Shown here piece after piece: positions 30,001 to 43,890 of a stretch of 64,000 nt of DNA (position 1 is the stretch's first letter; each line of letters opens with the position of its first letter). Both the position numbers and the translations under genes were made by a program. The notes beneath the pieces are model-generated. The model saw nothing but the letters and a program-made list of their open reading frames with translations. It did no database searches and was not told the DNA's origin. Source of the stretch: Eledone cirrhosa (Eukaryota); NCBI GenBank assembly GCA_964016885.1, contig OZ024740.1, positions 324,074,001 to 324,138,000 of the forward strand, in the 5' to 3' direction.

Positions 30001-30463
30001 GCCATACATTGATGTGATAAAAAGCTTGACAGTGTAAGGTCTCATCAAAGTATAACGGAGTTTCGATGTGGTTAACTATAGCTGGATATGACACCTTGAC
30101 TCGGTGACGGGCTTTGCGAGGACCAAGGAAAACTCAAGCTATGCCAAGCACGTTCAACAATGCTGGAAAAATTGGGTTCGAGGTTCCAGAACATGACCAC
30201 ATCCATCCCTTTCCAATGCACACTGGGCCAGCGTGGTAGGGTATGGATCACCCACTCACCATGTTACACGACACAACTCAATTTCTTTTCAACAGATATA
30301 GTCTTCTGAAAGGGGCGGTGAATTGACACATTCTGATAGAATGTTTTGTGGTACTCGTTCCGGCTCGCGGAGCTCTGAATTGCAATGCCACCGAGGTGAA
30401 ATTTGCCTGCAACCCTTCGGTCGATAAATATAGTACCGATCTATTCTATATCTCTTTCTCATT

Positions 30464-30528
<65 letters not shown>

Positions 30529-33059
30529 AATACATCGGCTGTGTTCAAACCTAGAGAGAAAGATGGGATATCCTACATACACACATGATATTTACAGTAA
30601 CACATCAGTTATTACGAATTACAATGACAGGTGTAGACACGTGGTCACTCAACCTGCTAGAAATAGCAGCCAAATAAGGTCCATGAATTGAATGACAATC
30701 TCAGATATATGCACTGCAGCTGAAAATAAGGTGAGAATAGTGTTAGCTAGGTCTACTGGAGCAGGACTAACCTCACGCTTAACAGCAACAACAACATCAA
30801 AGAGAACAAGGCCCCAAAACAACAACAGAATTACTACTGCTATTGGCTTTATTTGTTTATTAATACAATGTGTATATTCTTGAAAAAAAGAGAACGTCAT
30901 GTGAATAAAAAAAATAGAAGGTTGGAAAAAGAAGGAGAAAAAAATGGCGGCACGGCTGATGGTGTGAGCGGAAGTGTTAAAAGAGTTCAATAATATAAAA
31001 TATGATTTTTAATGTCGTCGGATTGAATTTCATTAATGGCCGCTATAGTGTGTCTTTATATCAGATATCAGAATTGTAGACGGACACGGAAAATGATGAC
31101 TATACACAGACATACACATATACACAGAAACACAAACACACATATGGGCGTACACAGTCATATATACACACAAACAAACAGACCCACAACACGCATGCAC
31201 ACATAGACGCATACAAACACTCATGTACATATGCATTTGTGAGTGCGCATCCATAATCATATATACAGACATACCCACATACACTCATAAAGATATAAAC
31301 ACATACGCATACCTGCTAAAAACCTATAAATGTGCGCACACATGTACATAGACTTGCACACACATAAACTCTGTAAATTAACATATAACAGCAACAAATT
31401 TCTTTTAAAAGTTCACCGATTTATTGATACCAGTAGTAGTAGTATTAGTAGTAATTTTTTTTTTCTCAATACTTACTCTTTCAACCGAGCTTTCAATTCG
31501 CGCCACCTCACTTTCTCTATTTTTGCCTTCCTTCATCATCATCAGATGAGAAGGAAGGAGATGAAAGAGGGGGGGGGGGACAGAGACGGCTGCTTTGGGG
31601 AAGAGAGTGAGTGAGTGAATGAATGAATGGATGAGAGAGCCGGTTTCTTCGGCTGCTCTTGGGAACCAAAGTCTGCGAGAAGGAAGGGAAAGGAAGTTAC
31701 CAAAAATGGCAATATGGCGTCTCTTCACTTCTAATATACGTTCTAACTATTGTTAGATGCCTCCTGGCTTTGAAAAAGAATTTTAAAAAATGGATGGGTT
31801 GTGATGAGATTATTTCCAGATATAGCTAAAACAACTAATTCCAATACGAGCTCTAAGTGCATATACAGAAACAAACACACACATACATATATACACACAT
31901 ATATGTAAGAGTGTATGTGTACATATATACACATCATTATTCATATATATATATATATATATACCTAAATATACGAACGTGCTTATGCACGCAGACATAT
32001 GTGGCTAGATTTATATATAAAAATATACACCCACGTGTATATATAAAAATACACATACACGTGAGAGTGTATGTCTACATATATACACACCACTATTCAT
32101 ACATATATATCTATATATACGAACGTGCTTATGCACACAGACATATGTGGCTAAATTTACATACATACATACATACATACACACACAAGTACCCACATAA
32201 ACATATTTATACAAAAAATAGCCATGTAGGTGTGTGCTTGCGCGTTCATACGTATAATTGTGTCAGTAAAGTAGGTTGTATAACCAAGAAAGTTGTGTTC
32301 TTTGTTCCTGGCACCAATAATAAAACGTATTCTTTATTAACTTATCCCAGTTCCAACCCTTCGGCAAATCTTTTATTTAGCTTTGTATACGATTTATATT
32401 GGTTAGAACGACAGGCCAAAAAGCTTTGCAGTGTTCGTACCGGCGTCCCTGGATCAAATCACGCTGATGTCAACTTTGCTTTCATCCATTCAAGGTCGAT
32501 GGAAACTATACCAGGGGTCGATTCTTCGTCTATATCTTTTTTTCACACCTTCTCTCCTTCTCTAGGAAATAAACCGTGTATTCAGACCTCGAGAGCAGAT
32601 GTGATCCGCCAGGGGTAAAGGGCCCAAGACATGCCATATTCCACGAAGCACACCTACGAACACATCAGGATTAATGGGTCCAAATATACGTACGATTCCT
32701 AACAGCATAATCGACTCTTTTTTTTTCTTTCTCTTTCTGGTGCGGTATGTAAACAGTCACACACGTCTATACCATTTACAACAAAGTTGTCAGGTACTCA
32801 GCAAAACAAAATAGACCTCTATATAATATCAGTCTTGTATATATATATATATATATATACATCGGGGCTAACCACAGTAAGTAAGGTACTCAATATATTA
32901 AAACAGTGTAAATATCATATTTAATATACAAATGGCTTCTACAGGACTAGAACTGTTTCATTCAAAAGGAATCATTACTATATAAAACATGATATATATA
33001 TGTGTGTGTGTATGTGTGTGAAAGTCACAGGTTCAATCAAGGCATTTCTATATTAAAGG

Positions 33060-33116
<57 letters not shown>

Positions 33117-33731
33117 CGTTAAAGAAATATATAGCTCTACTTTAAAGCGAGCTACAACAACAGTCTTTGAGTGTGGAAGCCCAGGGAGGTAAAGAAATAT
33201 AAATGCAAAGAAGCTAGGTGCAGCCTTTAATGCATCCCGTTGATTGATGTGTGGCTGTCATAGACTAACAAACAGTAACACTCCCGCCTCTCCCACACAG
33301 ACATACACACTCTCTCTCACTCACTCCCTATATATATATATTTGGCAGGCATTGCCTCGTCAGCCACTAGGATATAATCAGCAGCAGCTAGTACTATATA
33401 AACGTCAGCGACATCAAATAGGATGAACGGCATCATAGTTCATAATCGCCTAAAGGCAACAAAGGAAGCTTTTTTTCTTAATTATTATTATTATTTTCTA
33501 TTAGTGGTGTCTCACACTCCATCCCAGTGAAGATGATATGGCACCTCCTTTCCCACTTGCACTAGTTCAGACGTTATTATAAGGCCATGTTGGTGCACCT
33601 CTTTGATTTAGTCAATTCTCCAGTATTTTATGCATGTTTTAAGTAGTGTTTGTTACTTATCGATCTATCTATATAATATCCTTTGTTGAAATACTAGGTT
33701 ATGCGTGCGGGACACATATATTTCGAGAGAG

Positions 33732-33775
<44 letters not shown>

Positions 33776-33890
33776 ATAGAGAGAGAGGGGGGGGGGGGAT
33801 TCAAAATCTCGACCGAGGTGCCAGTCTGCATCCCCCCATGTATTGTGCACTCCCATGATTAGTGGCCTCCTCGGTCTCAGCACTGCAGAT

Positions 33891-33949
<59 letters not shown>

Positions 33950-34106
33950 AGTAAGTAAGTTAATTTTATAATTTTCTTATTTTACGTCTCTTATATTATT
34001 GTTCTGCAACCCCATGCATCCAACCACACTGTTATTAAGACAAAACCTATATATTTGCTAGCATTGACATGCATCTGTATGTATATGTTACTAGATATGA
34101 AGTCTT

Positions 34107-34218
<112 letters not shown>

Positions 34219-34349
34219 GTTTAACCCCGAAAGCAGAGCTGACGGCTATTTATTTCTGAACAGCATATATATGTATAGGTTATATTTAATTTGTTGGGAT
34301 TCAACAAGCTTAAAGATTTTTATAACTGATATAAAGCACTCAACAAATT

Positions 34350-34547
34350 GAAACTATATTTATAAAACCATATTTATTTTATTATACATATTTCAAGGGC
34401 AACCAGGCGTGTATGGTGCGCTTTCATGTCAATATTTATTTATAAAACAAATCTGTATTTTATCTGATGAAAGCGCACCATAATTTGCCTTGGTTGCCCT
34501 TGAAATATGTATAATAAAATAAATATGGTTTTATAAATATAGTTTCC
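34350..34547. repeat. Head-to-head inverted duplication (~80-bp arms)
   Basis: 34350-34428 is the reverse complement of about 34467-34547. Confidence 0.85.
34456..34521 (+). ncRNA. Type-I hammerhead candidate
   Basis: TATTTTAT CTGATGA AAG..ACC(loop)GGT..CTT GAAA TA tg TA TA ATAAAATA. 8-bp stem I, AUA site. Confidence 0.65.
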
Positions 34548-34578
34548 ATTTAGTAATATATATATATATATATATATA

Positions 34579-34616
34579 CGAGCTGAGGATCCGCTCAGGT
34601 GAAACAATTGTTCTCG
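34579..34616 (+). ncRNA. Minimal type-I hammerhead candidate
   Basis: CGAG CTGAGGA T CC gctca GG T GAAA CAATTG TT CTCG. Stem III region is palindromic (CAATTG); GUU site. Confidence 0.7.
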
Positions 34617-34658
34617 GTATGGTGAACTAACTGTTGTGTAACCACTTCTATATATATA

Positions 34659-35552
34659 TGGAAGCACGGCCTAGAATCAAAAGGCCTTAAAATTAACCTG
34701 GCTAAGACTAAAGTTCTAGTTTGTAGGAAAGAAAATAAGGCGGCGGTCCCATCTGGGAAATGGCCATGCTCAGTGTGTAGGAAAGGCGTAGGTAGAAACT
34801 CCATTTTATGTCCCAAATGCAAAGTATGGGTGCATAAAAGATGTAGTGGGATCACAGGTAAGCTAACTAAGAACATAGATTTTACATGTGGCCGGTGCTC
34901 TGGTGCAATAAGTAGCAGCAAGTGCCCACAAAATACTAGCTCCTTCAACTGCGCAGAGGGTTCTATAGAAATAGTGGACAGCTTCCGTTGTCTGGGTGAC
35001 AAAATCAGCAGTGGGGGAGGGTGCTCTGAAAGTAAGGTAGCTAGAGTCAGAACTGGATGGAAAAAGTTCAGAGAGCTTATACCACTATTAGCCGCTAGAG
35101 GGTTCTCCCTAAAAATGAAAGGCAGGTTATACGATGCCTGCATACGAACAGCAATGCTGCATGGCAGTGAGACCTGGGCATTGTGTGCAGAGGATATACG
35201 CAGACTAGAGAGGAACGAAGCTTGCATGCTCCGCTGGATGTGCAATAGTAATATACGTGAACGGCAAAGCATAAACGAACTAAGGAAAAACTTAGAAATA
35301 AGAAGGATCAGATGTTGTTTACTCGAGAGAAGGCTACGTTGGTACGGTCACGTGATGCGCATGAAAGACGACAGCTGTATAACAAAGTGCAGGGCAATAA
35401 AGATAGACGGTAGCCACGGAGTAGGCAGACCCAGAAAAACATGGGACGAGCTGATAAATTCCGACCTCACACGCTTACACCTCTCCAAGACAATGTCACT
35501 GGACCGAGACCTTTGGCGGTACTCAGTAATAGAGAAGACCCGCCTTACCTAA
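34659..35552 (+). CDS. RTE-like ORF2 C-terminal fragment (end of RT, PHD-like Cys/His domain, C-terminal region)
   Basis: In-frame from WKHGLESKGLKINLAKTKVL through CxxC..CxxC..WVHxxC..CxxC, MLHGSETW, RRLRWYGHVMR and GRPRKTW, with no stops. Confidence 0.85.
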   Translation, partial: WKHGLESKGLKINLAKTKVLVCRKENKAAVPSGKWPCSVCRKGVGRNSILCPKCKVWVHKRCSGITGKLTKNIDFTCGRCSGAISSSKCPQNTSSFNCAEGSIEIVDSFRCLGDKISSGGGCSESKVARVRTGWKKFRELIPLLAARGFSLKMKGRLYDACIRTAMLHGSETWALCAEDIRRLERNEACMLRWMCNSNIRERQSINELRKNLEIRRIRCCLLERRLRWYGHVMRMKDDSCITKCRAIKIDGSHGVGRPRKTWDELINSDLTRLHLSKTMSLDRDLWRYSVIEKTRLT

Positions 35553-36056
35553 ATACAAAGTAAAAACCTACTACAGTCAGTAGGCATCTCTATCAAAACA
35601 CACCCCCGTCCCACCACCTCCACCCCATCCACACCGCCCCTTTCAATGTAAAGTTATGTTGGTCCCACAACATCCAGGCCGAAACAAATGAGATCGTGTA
35701 GGTGTCACGACAAAAAAACACACAGTCCACGCTGTAAATGTGGCCGTGTAGGCAACACGGTAAAAACCTCCCAGCCCCACACTGTAAATGAGGTTGGTGT
35801 TAGGAAGGGCATCCAGCTGTAGAAAACCCGCCAGACAGTCCACGCTGTAATGTGGCCGTGTAGACAACACGGTAAAAACCTCCCAGCCCCACACTGTAAA
35901 TGTGGTTGGTGTTAGGAAGGGCATCCAACTGTAGAAAACCCGCCAGACAGTCCTATGCGAGCAAGACAACCACTCTTGCCTCAAGTGGGAAAACCCCCGT
36001 CCAAACCCATGCAAGTGTGGAACACGGACGCTAAACCTGATGATGATGATGATGAT
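34659..36056 (+). mobile_element. 5'-truncated RTE-clade LINE
   Basis: ORF2 C-terminal portion, then a 3'UTR with a duplicated ~112-bp block containing GTTAGGAAGGGCATCCA, then a (GAT)n tail. Confidence 0.85.
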
Positions 36057-36057
36057 A

Positions 36058-36287
36058 TTGGTAAAAGGAAAAGAAAATGCTGACAAATTGTTCACAGTGA
36101 AAAATAGTTTAATTAGAAATGTATTGGTTAGTATTCAGTTTTGGTTTTAAGTTTTACCGGTTGCGCATTTCTAATGCTTTTCAAAAATAATTTTGAGATA
36201 GAACGCCCGTGATGGCATTTGAACTGTCAACAGGCTGCGGTTCGCACACACATCTCTGCTGACCATTATCACAACAACGAACCTCTT

Positions 36288-36323
<36 letters not shown>

Positions 36324-36756
36324 AACTACTACACACACACACACATATATTTGTTTTGAAAGACTTATTTTTCAGTGATTTCTCAATCAGCCGACACAAA
36401 CCTACATTTGGCGCAAAATCAATTTTTAACATTCACATGACCTCTACCGACCAATCAAAATTGTTTTGACCACAAGAATTTTTGCAACACGAATTGGCGC
36501 GAAACTTATTTTAATACATCTGAAGCCACTTTTTTCACATAAAACAGGTAGAATTTCCAAAACTAATCAGATTAGAGCAAACATCACGGGCGCTCTATCT
36601 CAAAATTATTTTTGAAAAGCATTAGAAATGCGCAACCGGTAAAACTTAAAACCAAAACTGAATACTGACCAATACTATTACTAATTTTCACTTATTCCTA
36701 ATTAAACTATTTTTCACTGTGAACAATTTGTCAGCATTTTCTTTTCCGTTTACCAA
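36058..36756. mobile_element. Non-autonomous DNA transposon with ~160-bp TIRs and TA flanks
   Basis: TA|TTGGTAAA.. (36058-36214) vs (36582-36756) ..TTTACCAA|TA. The right arm has a ~20-bp insertion. Confidence 0.8.
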
Positions 36757-36801
36757 TATATCATAACTCGTGTGTTACACCTCTATTCTTTTATATATAT
36801 A

Positions 36802-36860
<59 letters not shown>

Positions 36861-36984
36861 GCTTTTTCAATTCCCGAAGTTAGACACCATGTGCTTGCCA
36901 AGCGATCCCCTTTTATCACACAGACATTTACTTACGCAGCTATTTGATCGACTTTCAAAATACATTTATAATAATAGTTTTTGA

Positions 36985-37190
36985 TTTAGGCACAAGACCA
37001 GCAATTTGAAAAGAAGGAGAAAGTCGATTAAATCATCCCTAGTGCAGTACTGTTGATTTATTTATTGACTCCGTAAGGATGAAAGGTAAAGCTAAACTCG
37101 GTGGGATTTAAACTCAGAACGTAAAAGACCGTAGCTCTAAGCCGCAAAGCAGGGTGTCCGGCACTCTACTAATACTGCAAACCCACCGCT
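36985..37190 (-). mobile_element. SINE family A copy
   Basis: Reverse core and head. Confidence 0.75.
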
Positions 37191-37483
37191 CATTACGTTT
37201 ATATTAATGACAAAAAGAAAACATTGGACAGAGGGGGAGGATCTCTACACCTTCGATTGGACGATATATACCTCAACAAAACATACAGACAAGATATTGC
37301 TGTGAGGAGACAGTTAGTGATACACACTGCATTAACAAGCAGTTCACCTGGTGAGGCAAACTGAGATAAAACCAAATTAGACGGTGGGGGTGGGGGAGGG
37401 GGGAGGGGTAAATGCAAACAGAACTGTGTATATAAATCACATAAGAAACAGAGAATCAGTGGTGCGACGAATAAGATTTATTA

Positions 37484-37566
37484 GACATATGACAATCGTT
37501 TCTCTGCGACCAGCTCGATGCAATGATCAAACCTGACTCTGAAATCGCAAGATACTCAGATATGTC
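37484..37566 (-). ncRNA. Type-I hammerhead-like fold with long stem II and G8U core change
   Basis: Minus strand: GACATAT CTGAGTA TCTTGCGA..TCGCAGA GAAA CG at TG TC ATATGTC. 7-bp stem I, GUC site. Confidence 0.55.
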
Positions 37567-37616
37567 TCGATTCTACGAAGCAGAGTTTCCAATATATATA
37601 TACTTACGCACACAGG

Positions 37617-37677
<61 letters not shown>

Positions 37678-37835
37678 CTATTTCTGGACTCAAATAGTCC
37701 AGAAATAGCTGTCGAAACGGCTTGAGCTCTGCCGTCGGGATTCTGACTCTTCTCCTATTACCCACTCTACTACCCAAAGTATCGAGTACACTGGTCTGTT
37801 ATGGTCCACCTGGTTCCTTACCACACCTCCTTCGT
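37678..37835 (+). mobile_element. Family P copy with the left arm truncated
   Basis: CTATTTCTGGACT caaat AGTCCAGAAATAG..GAAACGGCTTGAGCTCTGCCGTCGGG plus the shared tail. Confidence 0.8.
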
Positions 37836-37875
<40 letters not shown>

Positions 37876-37994
37876 AATACGTACATGCACACACACATAT
37901 ATATATATATACACACACATACACACATATATATATATATACACACACATACACACATATATATATATATACACACACATACACACTCACACAT

Positions 37995-38026
<32 letters not shown>

Positions 38027-41000
38027 TATACACACACACACACAGAGACTCGTGTATTTATACACACTCTCACGCGTGTGCGCTGTTTGAGGAATGTTGA
38101 TTAAAACTGACAATGCTCAGCTTCTCACTTAGCAGCACCATTTATTTTGCATCTGGGGGCCTCCATTTTAATAGGAAGACATGGGCCATTAGAGGTGAAG
38201 GAGGGGGAAGAAGGAATTAGGGTGTAGGCCCATATATATATATCTGTTAGCAAGAAGATTTATACACAGGCACATACGCGTGCACGCCCGTGTGTGTGAG
38301 AGAGAGAGAAACTGAACACATTACTATAGTGGTATATTAGTTTAACGCTTATTAGAAATTTCAAAATTCTTAACGTTTCCTACTCTTGTCCTTCATCGGA
38401 TGGGAGAGAGAAAAGGTTGTTTTGAAGACAGAAAGAATATCAAAGGAAACATGCGAGAAATATGTGTTCTTGCGATATATAGCTCTCACAATTTACGTGT
38501 ATATCTAAAAAAAAATGTTTATAATTAAATGAGGATGTTGTTGTGTACGGTGTATGTGTGTGGGTGAATGGAGGTGGGTGAATGGAGGTGGGTGTATGTG
38601 TGTGGGTGAATGGAGGTGGGTATGGGTAGTCTATGGGTGCCCCTGGTGCATCATCTACAATAGCAAGGGTGACATTGATCATATGCTGATTATTAAAAGG
38701 ATGACAAATGAGATTAAATCAAGAATTATGGCAATGTTAATGATAGTGAGGAGGGGGTTTACACGGTAGAGGACATCGTGGTGATGATGATGATGATGAG
38801 GAGGAGGCGGAGGAAGGTGATCATTGCGGTTATGATGATGACCATTATCATCACTATTATCACCATCATCCATATAATATATTTACTCAGATGATATAAA
38901 ACTCGAGGATGATAATGATAATGATGACGATGGTCGTGGTGATGATGATGACTATAATGATAAACGTTGATGACCACGATGATGATGCTGATGATGACAG
39001 ACATAATAGCTACTATCATTATAATAGACACCATGAAGATACAAATCTTGAAGGTTGATGTTCCTTCTAAACTTGTTCACCAGAAAGATTTATTTTTGTG
39101 ATAAAGATTTCTTATAATGGAACTAGATTAGGCAGAATGAGTTTGAGTATCTGACAAAATGCCTTGTGGTATTTAGTCACTAGCGTTTACTTTCTGGGGC
39201 TAAATCCCGCCAAGAATAACTTGCCTTTCATTTATCGCGAGTCAATAAATTTATACCAGTAAAATATTAGGGTGAATATACTTGACAATGCCGACTAACT
39301 AAAATTCTGTCGACTTATGTCAATATTAGAAACCAAGTATGATTTTAATGTAGACTCTAAACCTCATAACTTTGGGACTCCTCAAATATACAGCCGATTA
39401 AATCGACCCCAGTAACATGTGGGCTAATTCAACGAGTAAAGTATTGATGTTAGAAGGATGCAAGATAAAGCTAAATCCAGCGGCATTTAAAATCAGGACC
39501 CAAATAGACATATCTAAATACCGCAGAGCATTTTGCCCATTCTATTACTGAGTCTGTAAAATTGTCGAAATCAGGACGCTAATAGGAGTAGCCTGGCGAT
39601 TTATCTAGCTACATGGAATTTCCATAAATATTAAAACTAAAAATTCTGAAACAAAACAAAACGCCCGCATTAAAACATATAAAGTTGTTAGTGTTGCTGT
39701 TATTATTTTGCACTCAGTCATCCCGTTTTTTTATTGCCCACAAGCAGTGTATCTAGGATTGTTAACGTGTTCCTTGTTTATTGTTCATATAGAATATTTA
39801 GCGATTCAATATCTAATTTGTCCTATTTCTCGAGACAACAGAATGTAGTAAGAAATTATTAAAGATTTGGCTGCTATTTCAAGCAGGTCAAACTACGATG
39901 TAAAGGCTTCTATTCCACCCTTAACTGTGCTTTTCTCTTCTATTTGGCCCGAAACTTTGGCAGCCTACGGGTACGTACGTTTTTAAGTACATGACAAACA
40001 ATTTTGGAGGAGAGGAAAGTCAATCAAAACGACCCCAGTACTTGACTGGTAAATTATCACATCGATCCCGGTATGTTAAAAAGGTATAATCGATTCCAGC
40101 GATTACACTGTTAATTATTATATCTAGAATTAGACCTTTATACAACTGTGTGACCTTGGTTATAACCTAACGCTATAAACAAGAACAATAGACACAACTA
40201 AACATCTTCAAAACCAATAACAGACTACAGCAGTTAGGATATTGGCAAGGCAAGTCTATTATATTACATTACACTACGTTACACAACTATAATTGAAACT
40301 ATCATAATCATCATCTCGTTATCCTTATTTTGGATATTATTATCATCATTATTATTATTATTATTTCTCATTGTCTCTTACACTAACAGTTCAAAAACAA
40401 ACAGAGAAATCCCAGCTATCTCAAGGCTATCCAAATACAATGTTTTATGAAACTAATTACAATACCAACAACAACTACAATAATAATAATAATGACATAT
40501 GATAAAATAAACGTCTGCAATGAATGTGTATTAATGGAAACATTATCAAGAATATTAGCCTCTTGCAATATTCGTCAGCATGGGGAGATGCGGCTTCTGT
40601 GTTCAGCAAGCCGAAACCACTTGACGCCGCGGCCGGAATTTTATCTCTCTCTGTCTCTCAACACCAAAGGCGAACCCACACATTTGAAGTGGTTTTCACA
40701 AGTATTTTCAAGGGTACTATTGAAAATAATATTAAAGCATCGTCTCTCTCAAAGTGTGCATCCTACTAGTGAGTTTATACCCAACCATATCATGGTTAAT
40801 TATATGTGAAGATATAATCTTGATGTCATCTACTTCACTGACAATAAAGTTCCGTTGGTTTGACATTTGATACACAAACTTTGGCATAATATCTCAATAC
40901 AATCAACTTTGGCTCTAATCACATTTAATTAGTTAATTAAAACCTATTGTAATAGCTGCTAGCACCGCAAGATCAGAATCATTAACAATGCAATAAAACG

Positions 41001-41394
41001 ATTTCTAATTTAGGAACAAGCCCAGCAATATTAGGTGAGAGATGAAAGTCGCTTATTGGCCCCGTTACTTTATTTCATTGATCCTGGAAGGATTATATGC
41101 AAAGTTGACCTCCTCGGGATTTAATCTGAAAACCCGGATCAAACAACAAACATCATTTTGTCCAACGCTCTAACGATCCTCCCAATACACCACCCTTCTC
41201 TATAACTTTTATATAATTCTGTTGTTGTTGTTGTTGCTGTTCTTTGGGTTTCACTATATCAAAGCTTGTGGATTTACTGGAAGCATCAATCCGTTTTACA
41301 GTCGTTTGAAGGCTCCGGAGAGATGCATGGAGACCATTACACCACATTTTCTTTTGGAAATCAACAACACAGTCATTACTATTACCAGCACCAG

Positions 41395-42195
41395 CACAAT
41401 CACTACTTGTGTCACCGCCATCACACCACCAACACCACCACCACCACTGCTTGTGTCACCGCCATCACAACACCAACATCACCACCACCACTGCTACTTG
41501 TGTCACCGCCATCCCAACACCAACATCACCACCACATCCACCATCACTGCTTGTGTCACCGCCATCACGACACCACCACAACCACGATCACTGCCTGTGT
41601 CACCGCCATCACAACACCAACACCACCACTGCTTGTGTCACCGCCATCACAACACCAACACCACCACTGCTTGTGTCACCGCCATCACAACACCAACACC
41701 ACCACTGCTTGTGTCACCGCCATCACAACACCAACACCACCACCACCACAACCACCACCACTGCTTGTGTCACCGCCATCACAACACCAACATCACCACC
41801 ACCACTGCTTGTGTCACCGCCATCACAACACCAACATCACCACCACCACTGCTTGTGTCACCGCCATCACAACACCAACATCACCACCACTGCTTGTGTC
41901 ACCGCCATCACAACACCAACATCACCACCACCACTGCTTGTGTCACCGCCATCACAACACCACCATCACCACCATCACTGCTTGTGTCACCGCCATCACA
42001 ACACCAACATCACCACCATCACCACCATCACTGCTTGTGTCACCGCCATCACAACACCAACATCACCACCACCACCACCACAATCACTGCTTGTATCACC
42101 GCCATCACAACACCAACATCACCACCACCACAACCACCATCACTGCTTGTGTCACCGCCATCACAACACCAACATCACCACCACAATCACCACCA
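41395..42195. repeat. Variable-length (~37-55 bp) minisatellite, about 17-18 units
   Basis: Constant part ACTGCTTGTGTCACCGCCATCACAACACCAACA plus a variable number of (CAC) triplets. Confidence 0.95.
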
Positions 42196-43222
42196 CCATC
42201 ATTACATTCACAATCCCCATTATCATGATCACAATCACTATCATCTCCTCGCTGCCATCACCACTCTTAAACTACCATTTCAAAAACAACCACATCTTCA
42301 CCATTTCTACTATTTTATATATGTTAACTTCTCCCATTAAAACATGGCCGCTGCAGTATTATTGTTATTGTTATTTTTGTTATTTAAAACAACATAGTTG
42401 CTTGTCTTTTCATTAGAAATTCTCTCCATAATGGTAGAATCATGTCATTTGAGGATAAAGGCTGAGTTGGAGAAAACCTCAAGGGTTTCAGCTAAAACGA
42501 ATAAATAAATTCTAAACACTCATTAAAAAACATTATCTCAATATTCAGATATGGCGATTCGTTGTTAGTCAGCTTAAAGAAGCAGAAATATTAAATTACT
42601 ACTTTTCGAAATATATTTTATATTATTTTTTTGTGTGTGTGGTCATTATGTTTTGTTTTCTCTAAAGCCACTACGTTCTTCAGCCATGTTCTACTGAACA
42701 CCGCCTACCCAACTCCTGTTTCTATGAAATTAATTTACATTATTTTTTCTTGGCTATCTCCATTAATGATCTTCCAATGTTTAGCTCCATTTAACCGACT
42801 ACACCCTTTCGTCATTGCATCAACATCCCTTCATCAGCTGTACTACACCGCGCCTATTGTTTCCTATATGAAAGAGGGGATTAACTATAACTTGATCTGT
42901 AGTTGGTCGAGATAAGGAGGTAGAAGGGAAGGCTACATTTAAAGCAAATAAGGGTGAAACCAGCAGAACGTGTCGAAAGGCGAATGGAAATAGCGACTGA
43001 ATTCCAAGACAAACATAGCCAGTCATGTCATTCCTTGAACAATCCTTAAAACGTTCTTCAATTCCCAACACATGTTCCAACTCATCAACTCTTTACGTCC
43101 TTCTTACACTCAAAAATAAACATTTATAAATTATTAATAAGAGCTTTCTAAGAATATGGCTTCCGTTTCATTTGGTAAATCTTCGGCAACGTGTTTTCCC
43201 TCTTACTACTTTAAATCTTTGA

Positions 43223-43510
43223 GAAGGCACATAGCTTAGTGGTTGGGGATGTTCAGCCAACGATCGTAGGATCAAAGGTTTCATTCCCGGCGATGGATTG
43301 TGTCCAAGAGCAAGACACTTTATTTTACATTACACAGCTAGTGTAAATGTTTTGTACCCGTCATTGAAAGAGCCAGGCCTGTTTTCCTGAGATCTACGTT
43401 AAGGGGACACGTGTATGTGGAATGCACAACCAATCGCACGTTGATTTCACGAGCAGTTGGTTCCGTCAATCAAACAACTGTAACACTCGTCGTCGTATTG
43501 GACGAAGGTC
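43223..43510 (+). mobile_element. CORE-type SINE, family B
   Basis: GAAGGCACATAGCTTAGTGGTT head, GAGCAAGACACTTTATTT core, shared tail. Confidence 0.75.
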
Positions 43511-43808
43511 CAACATTTTAATTCTTTAAGTCTGTATTTTATTATTGTTTATTTTAATGTCCTGCTATCAAATCTCGCCGAGTTCCACTTCGTTCCTCAT
43601 CCTTTCTAAAAAAAAGTACCAGTCAAGTGCTGGTGCAGCCCTCTACTCTTTCAGCTCTCACACCCAGTAAATTATGCTGATTCAAAGAAGGGAGGGCCAG
43701 AATGTGTCTGTGTCTGCCCGCGACTGTATAGGCACTAAAACCTCTTAGCGAAACTATGGTATATACAGTACTACCAAGTTATACTCGATAGCGATCAATG
43801 GATGTAGT

Positions 43809-43890
<82 letters not shown>

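Noticed and set aside
30941-30952. YY1-like AAAATGGCGGC as a promoter
   Set aside because: It is a single short motif with no supporting gene structure.
34595-35272. 225-aa minus-strand ORF
   Set aside because: It is the antisense shadow of the RTE ORF2.
36037-36056. CTGATGA at the LINE end
   Set aside because: It is the start of the (GAT)n tail.
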